IMG/VR virus record: IMGVR_UViG_3300045988_135825
Coordinates: 1-33,243 of that record
Reading direction: 5' to 3' (one strand)
Length of the DNA: 33,243 nt
From: a virus
Shown here in pieces: positions 32,021 through 33,243 of this stretch. The notes beneath the pieces are model-generated. The model was not told where the DNA came from and searched no databases. It saw only the letters and a program-made list of their open reading frames with translations. The translations under genes and the position numbers were made by a program. Every line of letters starts with the position of its first letter. Positions within the stretch are counted from its first letter, which is position 1.

Positions 32021-32994
32021 TGAAGAAAGACCCATTTAGTTTATTTATAGAAGATAGTGCTTACTATTCAAAGAATGAATATTATAAACTAATGTATGAA
32101 ACTAAACGAGTATTCTTCGATTACCTATATAAGAATAAAACACTAGCAGAGTTCAAAAAAGAAACTGCAAAAATATGGGAAAAGGTAGACCATAAATATA
32201 TGGCTGAAAGAATAAAAGAACTTGAAGATATGATAATGGCTAGAGATTTAGAGGGAAATAAAATACTAAACCCCGATGCCGAATATAAACAAATATATGA
32301 ATCAGCAAGTGAAAAAGTATTCCAAAATGTAGAGAAGAAATATAAATACAATATTGATGAATATTATAAAGGCAGAAGAAAAACAGCGAATAAAAGTTAT
32401 ATAGATAGAGAAAGTTATTTATCTAAACTAGTAACTAAATATGATGAAGTGCAAGCAACCATTCCATACCATAATAAAGATGGAAGTGTAAGAAGTTGGC
32501 ATAACATAGCAGATTATAATTCAATGCTTTATAACACTAATCTTAATCATGCAGGTTGGAATAGGACAATGTACGATGCTAATTTATTAGAAAAAGAGCT
32601 TTTATACTTACCAGCCCATACATTTGCTTGCCCTTTGTGTATGCCTTATCAAGGTAAGGTATATGACAAAAATGGAGGAAGTGGATATACTTCTGATGGA
32701 ATTAGATATTACCCACAAGAAGAAGCAATTGCTGGTGGTGTAGGTCATCCTAATTGTAGACACCAATGGACTATATATTGGGATAAAGACCAAATACAAG
32801 AAAATGATTATAATTCTGATGAGTGGCAAGAAGATTATGAAAAAAAGCAAAAGATACAAGCCCTACAACTAAAAAGAACTAAATTAAAGAATGATAAAAA
32901 GATATATGAAAATTTAGGGAATGGAAGTGAGGTAGATAAAACAAATGCTAAAATAAAAAAGATAAATGCTACTATAAAAGAATTAAACAAATAG
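32020..32994 (+). CDS. Minor head protein (SPP1 gp7 / Mu F-like head morphogenesis protein)
   Basis: taATG coupling with the portal gene. CPLCMPYQGKVY and GHPNCRHQW are hallmark motifs of this family. Confidence 0.75.
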   Translation: MKKDPFSLFIEDSAYYSKNEYYKLMYETKRVFFDYLYKNKTLAEFKKETAKIWEKVDHKYMAERIKELEDMIMARDLEGNKILNPDAEYKQIYESASEKVFQNVEKKYKYNIDEYYKGRRKTANKSYIDRESYLSKLVTKYDEVQATIPYHNKDGSVRSWHNIADYNSMLYNTNLNHAGWNRTMYDANLLEKELLYLPAHTFACPLCMPYQGKVYDKNGGSGYTSDGIRYYPQEEAIAGGVGHPNCRHQWTIYWDKDQIQENDYNSDEWQEDYEKKQKIQALQLKRTKLKNDKKIYENLGNGSEVDKTNAKIKKINATIKELNK

Positions 32995-33073
32995 ACCAAT
33001 TGCTATTAAGTCTATAAAAGGTTAGCAGTCGCGACACACTTTTATCACTTCTAAAAAAAGGAGAATGATAAAT

Positions 33074-33243
33074 ATGAATTTTGATATTACTAAATATCTA
33101 AAAAACAAAGATATTACTATAAGTAATGATGACCTAGATGTTTCTGCAATGGAGAAAGATTTCACGCAAGGATATACAAAAAATAGTGAAATTAAGAAAC
33201 CTGATTATTCAGGATATGTAAAGAAAGAAGATTATACTAAACT
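33074..33243 (+). CDS. Scaffolding protein, N-terminal part (gene continues across the contig junction into 1..434)
   Basis: ATG at 33074 follows aaaaaggag. The frame stays open to the window end and is in phase with frame 3 at the window start through the 55-nt overlap. The joined gene is 549 nt (182 aa). Confidence 0.7.
   Translation, partial: MNFDITKYLKNKDITISNDDLDVSAMEKDFTQGYTKNSEIKKPDYSGYVKKEDYTK
33189..33243. repeat. Second copy of the 55-nt terminal overlap
   Basis: Identical to nt 1-55. Confidence 0.95.

Noticed and set aside
1-33243. Lysogeny module, CRISPR array, retron/DGR reverse transcriptase, toxin or defence islands
   Set aside because: No integrase-like or recombinase ORF, no divergently transcribed repressor, no regularly spaced repeats and no RT motifs were seen in any frame. 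All genes run in one direction.

Overview
The window is a complete, circularly closed genome of a tailed dsDNA phage. Nt 1-55 are identical to nt 33189-33243, giving a unique length of 33,188 bp. The sequence is strongly AT-rich and every convincing gene is on the + strand. The gene content is siphovirus-like and typical of phages of low-GC Gram-positive (Clostridia-like) hosts. Module order: scaffold (spans the contig junction), major capsid, head-tail joining genes, major tail protein, tape measure, tail tip and fibre genes, then the lysis cassette (small membrane protein, holin, amidase). A consensus early promoter follows, then about 10 kb of small early genes. After these come the replication and recombination genes (DnaD-like organiser, SSB, ERF annealase, PD-(D/E)XK exonuclease) and more small genes. 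The order continues with a ParB-like protein, an ABC-type ATPase/GNAT gene and the small terminase. An inserted island carrying an HNH gene, a DUF1064 gene and a ~640-nt structured non-coding region separates the small terminase from the large terminase. Portal and minor head protein close the circle. No integrase, CI-like repressor, reverse transcriptase or CRISPR array is visible.

Main findings:
1. The tape-measure gene is split by three group I introns packed into a 33-codon, highly conserved motif, leaving micro-exons of 77 and 22 nt. Intron 1 carries an HNH homing endonuclease with its own promoter, and intron 2 is an ORF-less paralogue of intron 1.
2. A ~640-nt ORF-free, heavily base-paired region lies between the terminase genes. 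It begins with a GC-rich tRNA-like element. It may be a large ornate phage ncRNA of the ROOL/GOLLD type, and/or the cos region.
3. The ATPase and GNAT halves of one gene are joined only through an in-frame A_AAA_AAG heptamer, implying a -1 frameshift or a one-base homopolymer error.
4. Two strong promoters are each followed within ~75 nt by an intrinsic terminator, one before the replication genes and one before the portal and head genes. This suggests antitermination control or sRNAs.
5. Three genes are broken by single-base homopolymer frame disruptions.

All protein calls rest on motif recognition by eye. No database search was possible.
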